Source: Octopus vulgaris (Eukaryota). Taken from it: a stretch of 64,000 nucleotides of DNA. This document shows positions 39,064-52,889 of the stretch, in pieces. The translations under genes were made by a program, and so were the position numbers. The notes beneath the pieces are model-generated. The model did no database searches. It saw only the letters and a program-made list of their open reading frames with translations, and was not told the origin of the DNA. The stretch is taken from assembly GCA_951406725.2 (NCBI GenBank), contig OX597814.1:151528001-151592000 (forward strand). Reading direction: 5' to 3'. Each line of letters starts with the position of its first letter. Within the stretch, counting starts at the first letter, position 1.

Positions 39064-40724
39064 GTTGTATTCCCTCAGAATCAACCGGCGGAAAACAGGG
39101 AAATGAAATGACACATGTTAAGTCGAGGAGGATAACAAATAAAGTTCAGTGAAACCTAGTGTTACAGAAAGAGAAACGTGGAAAACGAAACGAAACAGTA
39201 GTAATTTAACAAAACAAAATATACAAGGAAACGAAAAGCATGAAACACAAAATAATCGAAAGTGGAAATACTGGAAAACCCTTTTATTTAAAGAAAATAG
39301 TGAAAAAAGGTTATTCACATTCAAATACAAAAGTAAAATCTAATACTGAAATTAATTTCACTTTTCTACATAGATTATGTTCCTAACAAATTTAGCTTCT
39401 TCTATTTATGTGGAAGTGTGTTGACTTCAGAAAGAAAAAAAATATACACGTAAGGAATTTAATAAAATTGTTCTTTAGCATTGAACTAATATTTAAAAAA
39501 ACTGAACTGCATGATAAAAAATTGTTGTTAATTAGAGCAGAGAAACGAAATGGTCGAAATATATTGAACTATTTTTATAATGAAATCAAGAAATGTTGAC
39601 GGATTTGATAATTAAAGGGAGTTAACTCTCATCTTAACTGTGTCAATTACAGATACGCATTTAACAATTGTTTTTTTTTTTATTATTATCATTAGGAATA
39701 AAGAAATCATTATTATTTCAAAACTTGTAAATCGGTGCAATAGATAAATGGTTATAATTAATCAACAGTTCACATTTACTTTGGTAACAAAACAAACCAA
39801 ATTTATCAACTTTCTGTCTGAAATGCAGTAAGTTGATTTTGAGAGAATACAATATGTCAGAGATATTGTTTCTAGGTTAGAAATGTATTAATATTGTCAT
39901 CAATGTATTAATAATGAAAAATGTTAGACATATAAGAAATCAGTTTAAATCGCTTCTCACAGCTCTTTGAAAGGTAAGCTCCTCACATCCACATCATTTC
40001 TACATATCTCGTGCATAGGAATGAATTTGTAAAATTTATATAGTTTATTTCATAATAATAATTTAAAAGTCCACTTTTCAATGCTTGCACAGATCAGACA
40101 GAGTTTGTTGAGGTGGATTTTCTGTGGCTGGATGCCTTTCCTGTTGCCAAAATTCACCTGTTTCCAAGCAGGGTTAATATTTCCCTATGGCCAGACTTGT
40201 TTTCGCACAATGTTCAAAATGAATGACACAGCTTGTATTATAGCGACAATCATTTTACAGCTCTCACATGATGTCAAGATAAGGACATGCACATACATTC
40301 GTGCACAACAGGCTTCTTTCCGCTTCCATCTACCAAATTCACTCACAAGGATTAGTTGATCTGAGGCTTTAGTAGAAGACACTTACTGAGGAGCTACACA
40401 GTGAACTGAACTCAGAACCATGCAATTTGGAAATAAACTTCTTATCAGACAACCATGCCTGCACCTATATTTTTGTAGAAATATAATAGATTTATCATAA
40501 GAGATAACAATGTTAGACATAATTAAAATTTCTTGGCTCGAGTATGGCTCAAATATGTTAGCACCCAGTTAACCTTGAGTATTTCCCCATTGTTATACTT
40601 TCATATTACTGTAAATATGTGCCCAATACATTCTCTACAGCAAAAAACCAAAAAACAAAACAAAAATAAAAGCAACAACAACATTTTTCTACATATATAT
40701 TTTCTGATTTTCTTCTGTTTACTC

Positions 40725-41122
40725 TTTACTCTCTCTTTTACTTGTTTCAGTCATTTGACTGCAGCCATGCTGGAGCACTGCCTTTAATAGAGCAACTCGA
40801 CCCCGGAACTTATTCTTTTGTAAGCCCAGTACTTATTCTATCGGTCTCTTTTGCCGAACCGCTAAGTAACGGGGACATAAACACACCAGCATCGGTTATC
40901 AAGCAATGTTAAGGGGACAAACACAGACACACAAACATGCATATATATATACATATATACGACGGGCTTCTTTCAGTTTCCGTCTACCAAATCCACTCAC
41001 AAGGCTTTGGTCGGCCAGAGGCTATAGTAGAAGACACTTGCCCAAGGTGCCACACAGTGGGACTGAACCCGGAACCATGTGGTTGGTAAATAAGCTACTT
41101 ACCACACAGCCACTCCTGCGCC
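40725..41122 (-). mobile_element. SINE family A
   Basis: Matches the family consensus. Confidence 0.9.
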
Positions 41123-41479
41123 TATATTTATTTATTTATTTCTGATTAGAGGATTCTTTTAGTTTATAATTACAAAATGTAAGTGACAAGTTACAGTAAG
41201 AAACTGACATTAAAAATTTAATTTTTTTTAAAAAAAGAAAACAAAAACGATTCAGAATTGTATTCTCCATAATTTTTAAATGCAGACTTCAATAAAAAAA
41301 AAAATTAATTAATTAAAATTAAAAAATCAAAGACTTTAGAATAAAAATAAAATAACAGTTGGCAGGGGGCAAAATTAAACATGTTTAAAGGGTGTTGGTT
41401 TTTTTGGGGTTTTTTTTTTTTTTGTAGGGGGAAATCATCATCTCTGTTGTTGAAAACAGATGAATCTTATGAAAGTGAA

Positions 41480-41712
41480 GGCGGTGAGCTGGCAGAATCG
41501 CTAGGACGCTGGGCGAAATGCCTAGCATTATTTTGCCCATCGCTATGTTCTGAGTTCAAATTCCGCCGAGGTCAACTTTGCCTTTCATCTTTTCAGGGTC
41601 AATTAAATAAGTACTAGTTATGCACTGGGGTCGATATAATCGACTTAATCCATTTGTCTGTCCTTGTTTGTTCCCTCTGTCTTTAGCCCCTTGTGGGTAG
41701 TAAAGAAATAAG
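41480..41712 (+). mobile_element. SINE family B
   Basis: Matches the family consensus. Confidence 0.85.
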
Positions 41713-41989
41713 AATCTGAATAAAGTGTGTGTGTGTGTGTGTGTGTGCATGCATGCATTGTATGATGCTTGGCACGACCACTTGAACATTGCTGTATAGT
41801 GTTCATCATATTTCTGCTGATCTTTGGAACTTTGCAGATGAGTGTAATTGAAGTGGTTCATTGTTCATGAACAGGTAGAATTGTTGTATTTGGTGAAAAG
41901 AAAAGAAAAAAAATTTTGCATCCTTTACATTTTTCATATGTTGTCAATTATTACCAAGTTGAGTTAATGGGTATGGTAGTGGACATGAA

Positions 41990-42245
41990 CTGCAAATGGG
42001 ACAATGCCACACAGTTTCACATGAATACAACTTCACAAGTGAGGCACCATTGTAGCATTGGCAACTAATAAATGACCATTATCATCGATAAAGTTCCATA
42101 CAGACAATACTTCAGATGCTGCTTAATATCCAATATTTTCTCTGCTAATATTGTCAAAAACATAGTGCAAAATGAGTGAGAACTGTTTAGTTTTGAAAAT
42201 GGCCTTGGTTTCATCTACACCTAATGCTAAAGTGCCTAAGTTAGA
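41990..42245 (-). mobile_element. Decayed hAT transposase fragment
   Basis: ALGVDETKAIFKTKQFSLILHYV resembles the hAT (I)VDET.D....Q.S...RYV motif. Confidence 0.55.
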
Positions 42246-42499
42246 AACAGCTGAAACCTTTTGTGTGTGTGTATGTGCATGCATGCATGTGTGTGTGCAT
42301 GCATGTGTACATGTATGCATGTGTGTGTGTTACTAATGCCATGATAGAAAGAAACTCATCCTGAATGTTGTAATGTAAGTATTTTTCATTTTGTAGCCCC
42401 TTCCATCATACACTGCTTGATGATATCAGGCTCATTATTCTTCACACATTGATAAGCCCTTGTCCACCATGTCCATGCCAGAAAAATCTGGTGCTACAC

Positions 42500-42865
42500 T
42501 GTTTAATCATAAAACAGAGGCAAAAATGGGTATGTTGTGCCTATATCATAAGTGGAAAGTGTAACCTCTTGAAAGAGCTGTTCTTCACTCCTGCTCCAGA
42601 GTGTAGGCTGTGGGGTCACTCCGAAAAGCTCTATCTGCGACGGTTTCATCTCAATCGAAGGAGAGGGGCTTTCTCCGTCTGGGTTGCGGATCCGTGGAAT
42701 AAGCTGCCGGACGAGATAGTGAAGATGCCGACGACCACTCAGTTCAAAGTCTCTCTTGACCAGAAATGGCCTGAACTCTTTGCATGAACACCCCTGAACA
42801 TAATTCCATGTTCCCCTACATGGCCTTGCTTTTTGCTTTTTGAGCCAAAAAATTAACCTAACCAT
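42500..42865 (+). mobile_element. CR1-like LINE 3' end
   Basis: RLWGHSEKLY...RRGAFSVWVADPWNKLPDEIV...FKVSLD is the characteristic CR1/L2 ORF2 C-terminus. Confidence 0.8.
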
Positions 42866-43759
42866 TTTCATGAACTTCTTTTCATAAGTTTCATTGGTCA
42901 TAAATAGTGAAAATGTATTCTTTTTTTCAAAAAATGATTGGTAGTCACTCCAAGCAGAAATAGCTGTAATATGGAATTAAAAGGTTCTGATGCTTATCCA
43001 AAACACCCTTTTGTTCAGCAGTATGCTTCTCATTGAGAAAGCTTGTCTTAGAGAATGCTTACACATATGCTATTTTTTATTTATCTGGTGGTAAAAACAA
43101 TATATTTGCATATTCTGATATGCTTTATTTCATCTATGAATGGGATTTCAAAAACTCCGAACTGAGTGAATACTAAATATTTCATTCAACTTGAATACTT
43201 CTTCTCTATGGCTTCGTCTCCATGAAGTGATAAGTCAAAGTTCATTTCAAGATCTTCAAGTAGTCAATGGTGAAGTTTGTATTATCAACAGAGATGCCTG
43301 CTTTGCATTTTGATTGGTGGAGATTGGTATCCGGTAGTATGTAACATTACCAGAAGATTCTGCATCTCAAATACAGCTAAAAGTTTTGGTTTATTTATGC
43401 TATGTTGTTAAAATACTGTAGACCATCCAATCCACTTCAGCCTTAACTTACATGTCACTGATAAAGATTTAATATATATTAAATATATATTAACCCTGGA
43501 ATGGAAATAGGATACACAAGTGAACTTTACAATATAGCTCTTATCAACATAGAAGACAAAGTCAATAACATAAAGGACGAAAACTTTAAAAATACACCCC
43601 CCCCTCAACCTAATAACACTCAAGTCAATCAAACTATCAACAGAAGTTCAGGGAGAAACATAACACCATTTGACATTAGAATTATTTTTATCAATGACTA
43701 TGAACCCAAGCTTACTGCAGGAAAGAGGGCAGTCTATTTTTGGTAAAGTTCAGTAATGA

Positions 43760-44950
43760 GTGACTATAATTTGCTTTCTAATACTCCTGGGGAAACTGGA
43801 AAGAAATTCCTGAGCATTCTGTTGCTTGTCAAAATTAAAGCAATATAAAAGCATAGCTATTCTATTTGCTTCTTCATCCATTGCTGCCTCACAGCTTATT
43901 CTGTTTTGAAGCTCCTCTTAGACTTGTGCACATGCTTACAACATTGCCAAGAATGCAAGAATTGGAACCAAAAATTCTAAATGATTGTCTGAGATGAATG
44001 GACAATGATATACAAGAGTACTCTGGATGGTGTAGACAAGACTTTGTAGGGTTTATGTGACAATAAATCTCAGATGGGAGGTGTTGTCATGTTCCTTCTT
44101 TCAGATCCCTTTACCTACCCTAAAAGAAGAAAAGCTGATGAAATAATTGCTTGCCTTAAATAGCCATTGATTTTGAACAAAGTTAAATTCTTCAATCTGT
44201 CTACAAACATGAGGGTCCACCTTTTTTGAGATCAGCTGTTATTTGAGTTTTCCAAAAAAATTTTTTACAAGTATGATAGGGAAGATTTCCTTTAAATTGT
44301 ATTAGCATCACTAATCCAGTAGGGAGACAGTAAATGAATAGATATCAATAATATCCACTTAACTTCAATATCATTTCATAAATCACTTATGACTGTGTGA
44401 AAGAGCTATACTTACAGCCCAAAGATGTTATAGTTAACAGTATCAACTGACAGCTATTGCTGGCACTGTCACAAAATAGTCATAGTTATATACCAATAAT
44501 GTTGTGGATAAAGAAGACATACTTCCTTATTCTGCAGCAAGTCTACCACCACATAGAATTCAGCTACAAAAAAGGGATTCCCAATAATGCTGCTGTATAA
44601 TTTAGAACAGTTGCCACTGTAGAATGGTACAAGATTAATGGTTAGGAAACTTATGCTACATGTCATCAAAGCTACTTTCTCACTGAAGGGATTAATGGAG
44701 AGGATCCAATTTTATTCAGAATTCCATTCATAACTCTCAGGTATTCCCTTTTGATTTATAAGACTTCTGTTTCCAGTATACCTAAGCTTTACTACATCCA
44801 AGGGTAAGTAATACAAGTTGCTGGACAATATATTGAGGATTCCTGCTTTGCTAATGGTCAATTTTATGAAAAATGCTCAAGAGTTGGAAACTGCGCCTAC
44901 CTCATAATCTGTTGGTACTTGTCTCTGTCTCATCTCCATCCAAGATGGAT
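43760..44950 (+). mobile_element. Decayed Helitron Pif1-family helicase fragment
   Basis: Remnants of PGETGK (Walker A-like), IAI.FASSSIAA, MGGVV, ADEIIACLK, TNMRV, GIPIMLL.NL, NGTRL.V and IPF/FPV motifs. Confidence 0.75.
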
Positions 44951-45121
44951 ACAAATACCAAAGTTCTCATGTGGTAGGTTTGATAAATCTTGAGAGATTT
45001 CTTTCTACATGAAACCATTGATAGCCTTGCTAACCCACAAATAAAGTATATTTATACACCAATGTGGTGTTCAGCACACATTCTCAATGTGTTCACACAC
45101 ACATACATGCATATACATACC

Positions 45122-45166
<45 letters not shown>

Positions 45167-45619
45167 TATATATACGTGTGTGTATTTTTGTGAGTTTGGG
45201 TGCATAAACAATTGCATGGTCATGCATACATAATTATATGAATGCATTTATATGAGGTATTATATATAAGTATTAAATATACCTATAGATATATAAATAT
45301 GCACATGCATACGCACATGAAAGCACAGATATACATAGTTTCATATCTATACATATATGCATATATGTAGGTGTACATACATGTACATATATATGTGTAC
45401 ATGCATACAGAATATATACATACTTACTCGTATGTGTAAATGTATGCATGTGCATGTGTGTACATTTAGAAAACTTCAACAGGAGGAATACGCATATAAA
45501 CAGCAGTAATATTCATATAAACATTAGGCTTTGTTTCCTGTGTACACCACATGAAGATAATTGTACATGTGTGAATGTGTACAAATACACCCACAATAAT
45601 AGATATCTATCTTCATCCA

Positions 45620-45870
45620 ATGTGGAGGTGCATGGCTTAATGGTTAGGGTGTCACCATCATGATTGTAAGATTCTGGTTTCGATTCCTGGACCGGGTGAC
45701 AGTGTGTTCTTGAGCAAACCTCTTCATTTCACATTGCTCCAGTCCACTCAGCTGGCAAAAATGAGTAATGCTGTGATGGACTGGCATTCTGTCCAGCTGG
45801 GGAACACATACGCCATAGAAACCAGGAAACCGGGCCCATGAGCCTGGCTAGGCTTTAAAAAGGGCGCATT
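45620..45870 (+). mobile_element. SINE family C
   Basis: tRNA head plus ttcttgagcaa core. Confidence 0.75.
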
Positions 45871-45889
45871 TATTTTATTTTAACTTCAT

Positions 45890-47560
45890 CCAATCTGGTG
45901 ACTTGTCCAAACCAGTGCAACTCTCCTACACAGGATATCTTGATCTTCCATAGCAGTCTTTATATCCTTAACTTCATATCCAGTGTTTTCCACAAGTTGG
46001 TCTATATATGCTCTTCTTGGTCTGCTAATATCAGAGACGATCATTGGATACTTCATCCTTGCTTCATCAGCAGTGTTTTGCATAACATGTTCTTTCTCTG
46101 TTAATGGAGGTGATGGTAAGAATATTGCCATTCAGTTACTGTTTTGAAGAGTGTTGCTGCTATAGCGGTGGTTTTATGGATGGTTACTGTTAGTGTAACG
46201 CTACTTTTATATGTTTCCTATTTGGAAATAGATAAATATATTTTTACTTTTGAAGTAGGGGTATATATAGATAAAACTGTCACTTATAACTTACTTATAA
46301 GTGTTATCATTATACATAAATCCTGACTCCAGCTACATAAACGCCTTAGCGAGAGACATATTATCTGAAATGCTAACGGACATTTTATGCGTGCATGTAT
46401 GTTGAATATAAATAATTTTGTGTTCTTTTAATTGCTATAAAAAATACAGTTTCATAATTACAGAAATACATTTCATTAATAAGTTGAAGAAAGTGAAGAA
46501 AGAGAAAATAATTACTACATTATTTTATTTATGTACATTTAGCATTTTTAATATTTATAATACAATTTGAAGTAAAGTAATTTTGTCGTAGAGAATTACG
46601 ACTTAAAATTTACACTAACTAATTCTTTATACTAACTATATAGATCTCAACAATTCAAACAAGTCTTGTTGGATTTTTCATAGACATGGCATAAAAAAAT
46701 AACCAATGTCTCAAAGGGGTGAGTGTCGTGGAGTTTATTTACATCCCACAAACACTAAAGTTTTCCCCCAAATCCAGAGTTTTTATAACTGCTCAACTTG
46801 ACTTAAAAGAATTGAAATTACATAAAAATATTCTTTAACTAATTTTTAGTATTCCTATATGAGCAGTTATTCCAACCAATGGGAAAATGACAATCATATT
46901 TCTTTAGCAATACATTACGTCATATTGCCGGCTACCACAAATTGGTGGTACTATTTGAAAATGGCTACATGCTACACTGCTAAGAAAGAGTAAGAATTGT
47001 GCAAAACATTCTCATGAATGTACTATCAAGCTTCTTTGCAAGTTTCTTGTTCAGTGTTCATGCTGAAGTACTGATTCAATAACTGCTTTGAAGTAAGCCT
47101 CTTCATATTGTCAGGAAAGGAGGACTTCCATATAATTCTGAGTCTGTGTAAGGTATTCCTTACCTGGACATCTTTTTCAGTTGAAGCAATATTACTTCCA
47201 AAGTAGGTAAAGTCATCAACCATCTTCAGATTGGTGCCATCCAGTGTCCAAGTATCACCTGTTACATTATAGCCCATATATTCAGTCTTACCAGCAATGA
47301 CATACAGTCCTGTTTGTGCAACTGAAGTCTCAGGTGCATGTACTAGTTTTTCTCTGCTAATTATATAGTGTCTCCAAGAAGTGTAAGATCATCTGCATAG
47401 TTGGCATCCAATATTTCAAGTGCAGAATATCTTCTACTTCTAGCTCTCAAGTGTAAATTCATATTCTTTGGTGATGTCAATAGATGTACGTAAGATATAA
47501 TTCAAGCAAATTATAAACAGGTATGGAGTGAAAGTGTCGCCTTGGAGACACTCTGGCTCT
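45890..47560 (-). mobile_element. Decayed RTE-like LINE fragments (about 45890-46110 and 47000-47560)
   Basis: Minus strand LQGDT..PYLFII.L, YADDL, VDDFTYFGS and C-terminal RPRRAYIDQL. Confidence 0.65.
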
Positions 47561-47579
47561 GTTATAGAGATACTATATA

Positions 47580-49310
47580 TTAGCCCAACTAATTAGTGAG
47601 AGAATTAGTCTAGATGAGATGCAGCTTAGCTTTGTGCCAGGAAGAAGCACCACTGATGCTATATTTCTAGTAAGGCAGCTGTAGGAGAAATACATAGTCA
47701 AAGATAAACCTCAATACTTGGTTTTTGCTGACATGGATAAAGCCTTTGACAGGGTCCCCTGATCCCTTATCTGGTGCTCAATTCAGAAACTAGGGATAGA
47801 CAAGTGGTTGGTGAGAGCTGTACAAAACATGTACAGGGATGCTGTCAGTAAGATGAGGGTTGACAACAAGTATAGCGATGAATTCAGGGTACAAGTAGGG
47901 ATTCATCAAGGATCAGTCCCCTCTTGTTCATCACAGTCCTCCAGGCAATAACAGGAATTTCAGATGGGCTGCCCCTGGGAGCTCCTCTATGCTGATGACC
48001 CTGTTCTTATAGCTGAATCACTACCAAAACTAGAGAAGAAATTTCAGATGTGGAAGCAAGGTCTGGAATCAAAGGGCCTTAGAGTTCACCTAGCGAAAAT
48101 CAAAGTCTTAGCAGACAAACCACAAATCCCTCTAAGTAGATGACCCCACTTGATCTGTAGGAAAGGCATAGGTAGAAACTCCATTAGATGTACCCAGTGC
48201 AAGCTATGGACACATAAAAGATGCAGCAATATCAGAGGAAGATTTACTGGGAAAATAGTTTTTGTGTGAAGAAGGTGTACATGTACAATAAACTCTGAAA
48301 ATGTACAGAAAATAGACTCCATCAACTGCCAGTGGGTAAGCTAGAGGTAGTTGTTAGCTCCTGTTATTTAGGGGACCAAGTCAGTAGCAGAGGGGGTTGC
48401 TCCAGGAGCATAGCTACGAGAATAGGAGTAGGCTGGGCAAAGTTCAGAGTGCTCCTACTCCTGTTAGCAGCAAAGGGCCTCTTTCTCAAAGTGAAAGGCA
48501 GACTGTATGATGCTTGTGTGTGAACAACTATGCTATACGACAGTGAAAAATGGGATGTGATTGCCGAGGACATGCATAGGCTTAAAAGAAATGAAGCTAG
48601 TATGCTTTGCTGGATGTGTAATGTCAGTGTGCATGTGCGACAGAGTATAAGTGTCTTGAGATAAAAGTTAGGCATAAGAGGCATCAGGTGTGGTATGCAA
48701 GAGAGACGACTGCACTGGTATGGTCATGTGATACATATGAAAGAGGACAGCTGTATAAAGAAATGCCAATCTCTAACTGTGGAGGGAACCTGTAGTAGAG
48801 GCAGACCCAAGAAGACATGGAATGAGGTGGTGAAGCATGATCTTCAAATGTTGGGCCTCACTGAGGCAATGACTAGTGACCAAGACCTTTGGCTGTGCTT
48901 GAGAAGACCCATCAAACCAAGTGAAATCATAGTCGTGGCCAATGCTGGTGTCACATAACTGGCACCTGTGCCAGTGGCATGCAAAAAGCACCATTCGAGT
49001 GTTGGGCCTCACTGAGACAATATGGTCAATACTGGTGTTACATAACAGGCACCCGTGCCAGTGCCATGTAAAAACAACCATTTTAGGGCTGGGCCTCATA
49101 GAGGCAATGTGACTTATGTCAGTGTCACATAACTAGCACCCATGCTGGTGGCATGTAAAAGCACCCATTACACTCTGTAATGGGTGCTTTAGAAACCATG
49201 CCAAATCAGACTGGCATCTGGTGCAGCCCCTCAGCTTACCAGCCCTGGTCAAACTGTCCAACCCATGCCAACATGGACAACAGATGTTAAATGATGATGA
49301 TGACGATGAT
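47580..49310 (+). mobile_element. RTE-clade LINE, RT domain to 3' end with (GAT)n tail
   Basis: FVPGRSTTDAIFLVRQL, DMDKAFDRVP, GIHQGS, LLYADD, CYLGDQ and RRLHWYGHV...GRPKKTW; many stops. Confidence 0.88.
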
Positions 49311-49351
49311 AATAAGGACACACTCTGGCTTTGTTATAGACATATTGTATA

Positions 49352-49710
49352 TTCTTTTCTACTCTAGGCACAAGGGCTGAAATTTTGGGGTGAGGGGGGT
49401 CAGTCGATTAGATCGACTCCAGTATGTAACTGGTACTTAATTTATCGACCCCAAAAGGATGAAAGGCAAAGTTGACCTCAGTGGGATTTGAACTCAGAAC
49501 GTAAAGACAAACGAAATACTGCTAAGCATTGGGGTGAGGGGGTCAGTCGATTAGATCGACTCCAGTATGTAACTGATACTTAATTTATCGGCCCCAAAAG
49601 GATGAAAGGCAAAGTTGACCTCAGTGGGATTTGAACTCAGAACGTAAAGACAAACGAAATACTGCTAAGCATTTCGCCCAGTGTGCTAACATTTCTGACA
49701 GCTTGCTGCC
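49352..49710 (-). mobile_element. SINE family B with an internal tandem duplication of about 145 bp
   Basis: 49385-49530 is repeated at 49530-49672. Confidence 0.8.
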
Positions 49711-50666
49711 TAAGATATACTGTATATTAACACAATCCCTTCAATAAAGAAAATTGACATAAAGCCATTATCTTTTACCTACTACTGACCAAGTTAAACA
49801 CATTGCATCTATATCAATGAACATACTTCTGTGATCCCTATAACAGCATAATGTCAGTCTCTAATCTCTTATGCAAAAATCCTATACACACATACATACA
49901 TACATACATTACATACATACGCACACACATACAGAATGTGTGTGTGTTTGTGTATTATATAGTGTAATGTATGTTCCTTTGTTTGTAGGATCAGCAAAAA
50001 TGAACTTCATTCAGTGGAAGATCGGTGTTATTTAATAAAAACAGGATTTAAAGATGAGCTACTATAAGCTCGTGATTGGATAGTACAGTAATCAGATGGA
50101 ATTGTGAAGTGTGCTGTGTAGTATCCTGTTATTCTACAAGAGACTGTAGGATAGTACATAAAATGCTATAAATGCTCATCTGATTATTGTGTTATCCTTG
50201 AGGGTTTTAAGTGCTATATATTTCCATCTTTAATCTCCTTTATGTCAACATCTCAAATGTAAAATTCTTCCCTGAAGACGTAGGCTGGTATTATCTGATG
50301 AGGGAATCAATTTACAATCATTATTTTGGACCACTAAACCCCCAGAAACAGCTGTTGGACTTGTAAAACACTTATTCAACCCCTTTAATTCCTGATATCA
50401 TTTCTATTCTGTGTAAGTTGGACCTTTTTATATGTAAACATATGTACATTTTTTTGTATTTAATATTTTTTGTATGTTGACTTGCCAAACTTGCTTATCC
50501 TTACATTTACTCTTTGACTTGCTCAAGTTTAAATCTTTTGAGCTCTACAAAGTGTATTCTACACAGAGAATATCTAACTCTCATCTATAAACTATATATG
50601 TATATAAATCTGTGTGTGTGTGTAAGAGAGAGAGAGGGGGGGAAAGAGAGGAAGAAAGGGAGAGAG

Positions 50667-50703
<37 letters not shown>

Positions 50704-51003
50704 TTATGATTAGACCTAAGAAAACATTCAAACGATATAAATCGTGACCTGAAAGCAGCGTCTGTGCCAGGTAAACTATACAAATCAAACTTCTTATGAC
50801 ATGTTTTGCCTAGATGCTTGACTGAGACCTGACAATATAAACAAATGACAACTTGTCATACTCAATGAAGTAACAGCTGCTCTTACAGAAGACACACTTC
50901 CCTTTCTCTCCACCCACCAACACATATTTTCTGTTGGCTTCCTACACTTCTGTCTCCTGACAAACTAACTTAATTTTCACACGCACACATATGCACACAC
51001 ACA

Positions 51004-51037
<34 letters not shown>

Positions 51038-51099
51038 TATGTATATATATGTGTGTATGTATGTCTATATATATATGTACACACACACACACACATAGT

Positions 51100-51412
51100 C
51101 AATTCAAAGAACAATTAAAAACAGAGAAAAAAAAGAAAAAAAAACGAACATGAGGACATGCACAAACAAAATATCTATTTGACTCTTGGTAAAAGGAGAA
51201 AGTTGTTCATGTTTCAATGTACCGTTGGCGATTTTGTTTCCTCCGTCTTCCCTTTTCTGGAGCTTTCCTTCTCCTATGTTTCCGACGAAGAGCTCTGCTC
51301 GAAACATTAAACCCTCCTTCTTTACTTCTTTCCTGAGTGTCCAATAATGCTATATTTGTTCCACGTCCTCATGTTGTTGTGTTTTTTTGTGCTTTCTTGT
51401 TTGGATTAACTT

Positions 51413-51454
<42 letters not shown>

Positions 51455-51660
51455 TGGTTCAAATATACAGGAAACAAAAGACAAGGTGAGAGAACAAAAA
51501 CAGGAAGCAAAAGACAGTCGAGGGAACAACAAGCAGGTGTATTAGCTTAAAGCTTGGGAAGAATGGAAAGGTCTTTGGTGTTTTGAGCTTTTGCTCTTTG
51601 ACAGAAAGGAATGAGAGTTAAATAAAAATAGAGAGACAAAGAAAAAACAGAGAGAGAAAA
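51100..51660. mobile_element. Penelope-LTR-like inverted pair around (TA)n with hammerhead-like motifs
   Basis: gttt CCGACGA a gagc tct gctc GAAA catt aaac at 51278-51312; decayed inverted copy at about 51570-51610. Confidence 0.6.
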
Positions 51661-51696
51661 AACTGTGTTGGGATTAACGGTTTAACATGATGAAAT

Positions 51697-52834
51697 TGTA
51701 GGGAATCCTGGTGGTATGACAGGAAGCAAAATGGAAAAGGGATTTAGCAAGAGTAATCTCCCATGAGCTTCTAGAATGTTCGAGAGCTTTCTGGAAGCTT
51801 CCAGTTTATGTGGAAGATGGGGAGTTGCAGTTCATCCTTATATAAAGGAAGGAAATTCTAAATTCCCACCACCCCATGTCTGTCTTGCCTTAGGCTGGCA
51901 TTGAGTCAAGCCGCCGCACTTTACATCCACTCACGCACATGTTCACCTCATTTACTTGGAGACATGTGACAGCAAACAGAACATATTCAAGTAATGTTAT
52001 AAGCTTTCCTTCAATTAAACTTGTATGTTAACGCATTACCTCCAGTAATAAAAGTTATGACTTATTACAAGTGTCTTGGCAATTTCTATTTTCTTGTTGT
52101 TATGATCAAGATGGTGACCCCTCTTTCTCATACTGACAATATTATAGTGTGTCATTAAATCTACGTTATCACCAAAAATGGATAACTCTGACATCACTAT
52201 AAAATGGTGAACCCAATGTTAAAAACACAATAGGCACTTCACTATAGAATGGCGAACCGGACGTCAAGAACATCATAGACACTGCAGGCACTTCACTATA
52301 ATAATATAGCAAACCTGACTCATTTGGATATGCAAATCACAGCAAATGGTAAATTGACGTGATACTACACTTTCCAAAGTAATTTCTACATTACTCTACC
52401 AGCACCTCTGATATTCTAATTTTGAAACAAGATCGTGTCTTCCACATCCAACAAGAAAGTCACTTATCACATCTGTTCCTTGTCATAATCATGAGTAACA
52501 CTTCCACACCAGCTTATTCCGGCAACGCTAAGCTATGGTTTGCACAGCTTGATTCTTATTTCACAGCACATGATATACAAGCTGCTCAACAGAAGCTACA
52601 CGTGCTTATTAGTAGCATTCCCACCATATTAGCAGACACCGTTAAAGATATCATCACAAATCTTCCATAAGTGCAGGAGTGGCTGTGTGATAAGTAGCTT
52701 GCTTACCAACCACATGGTTCCGGGTTCAGTTCCACTGCGTGGCATCTTGGGCAAGTGTCTTCTGCTATAGCCCCAGGCTGACCAATACCTTGTGAGTGGA
52801 TTTGGTAGATGGAAACTGAAAGAAGCCTGTCGTA

Positions 52835-52889
<55 letters not shown>

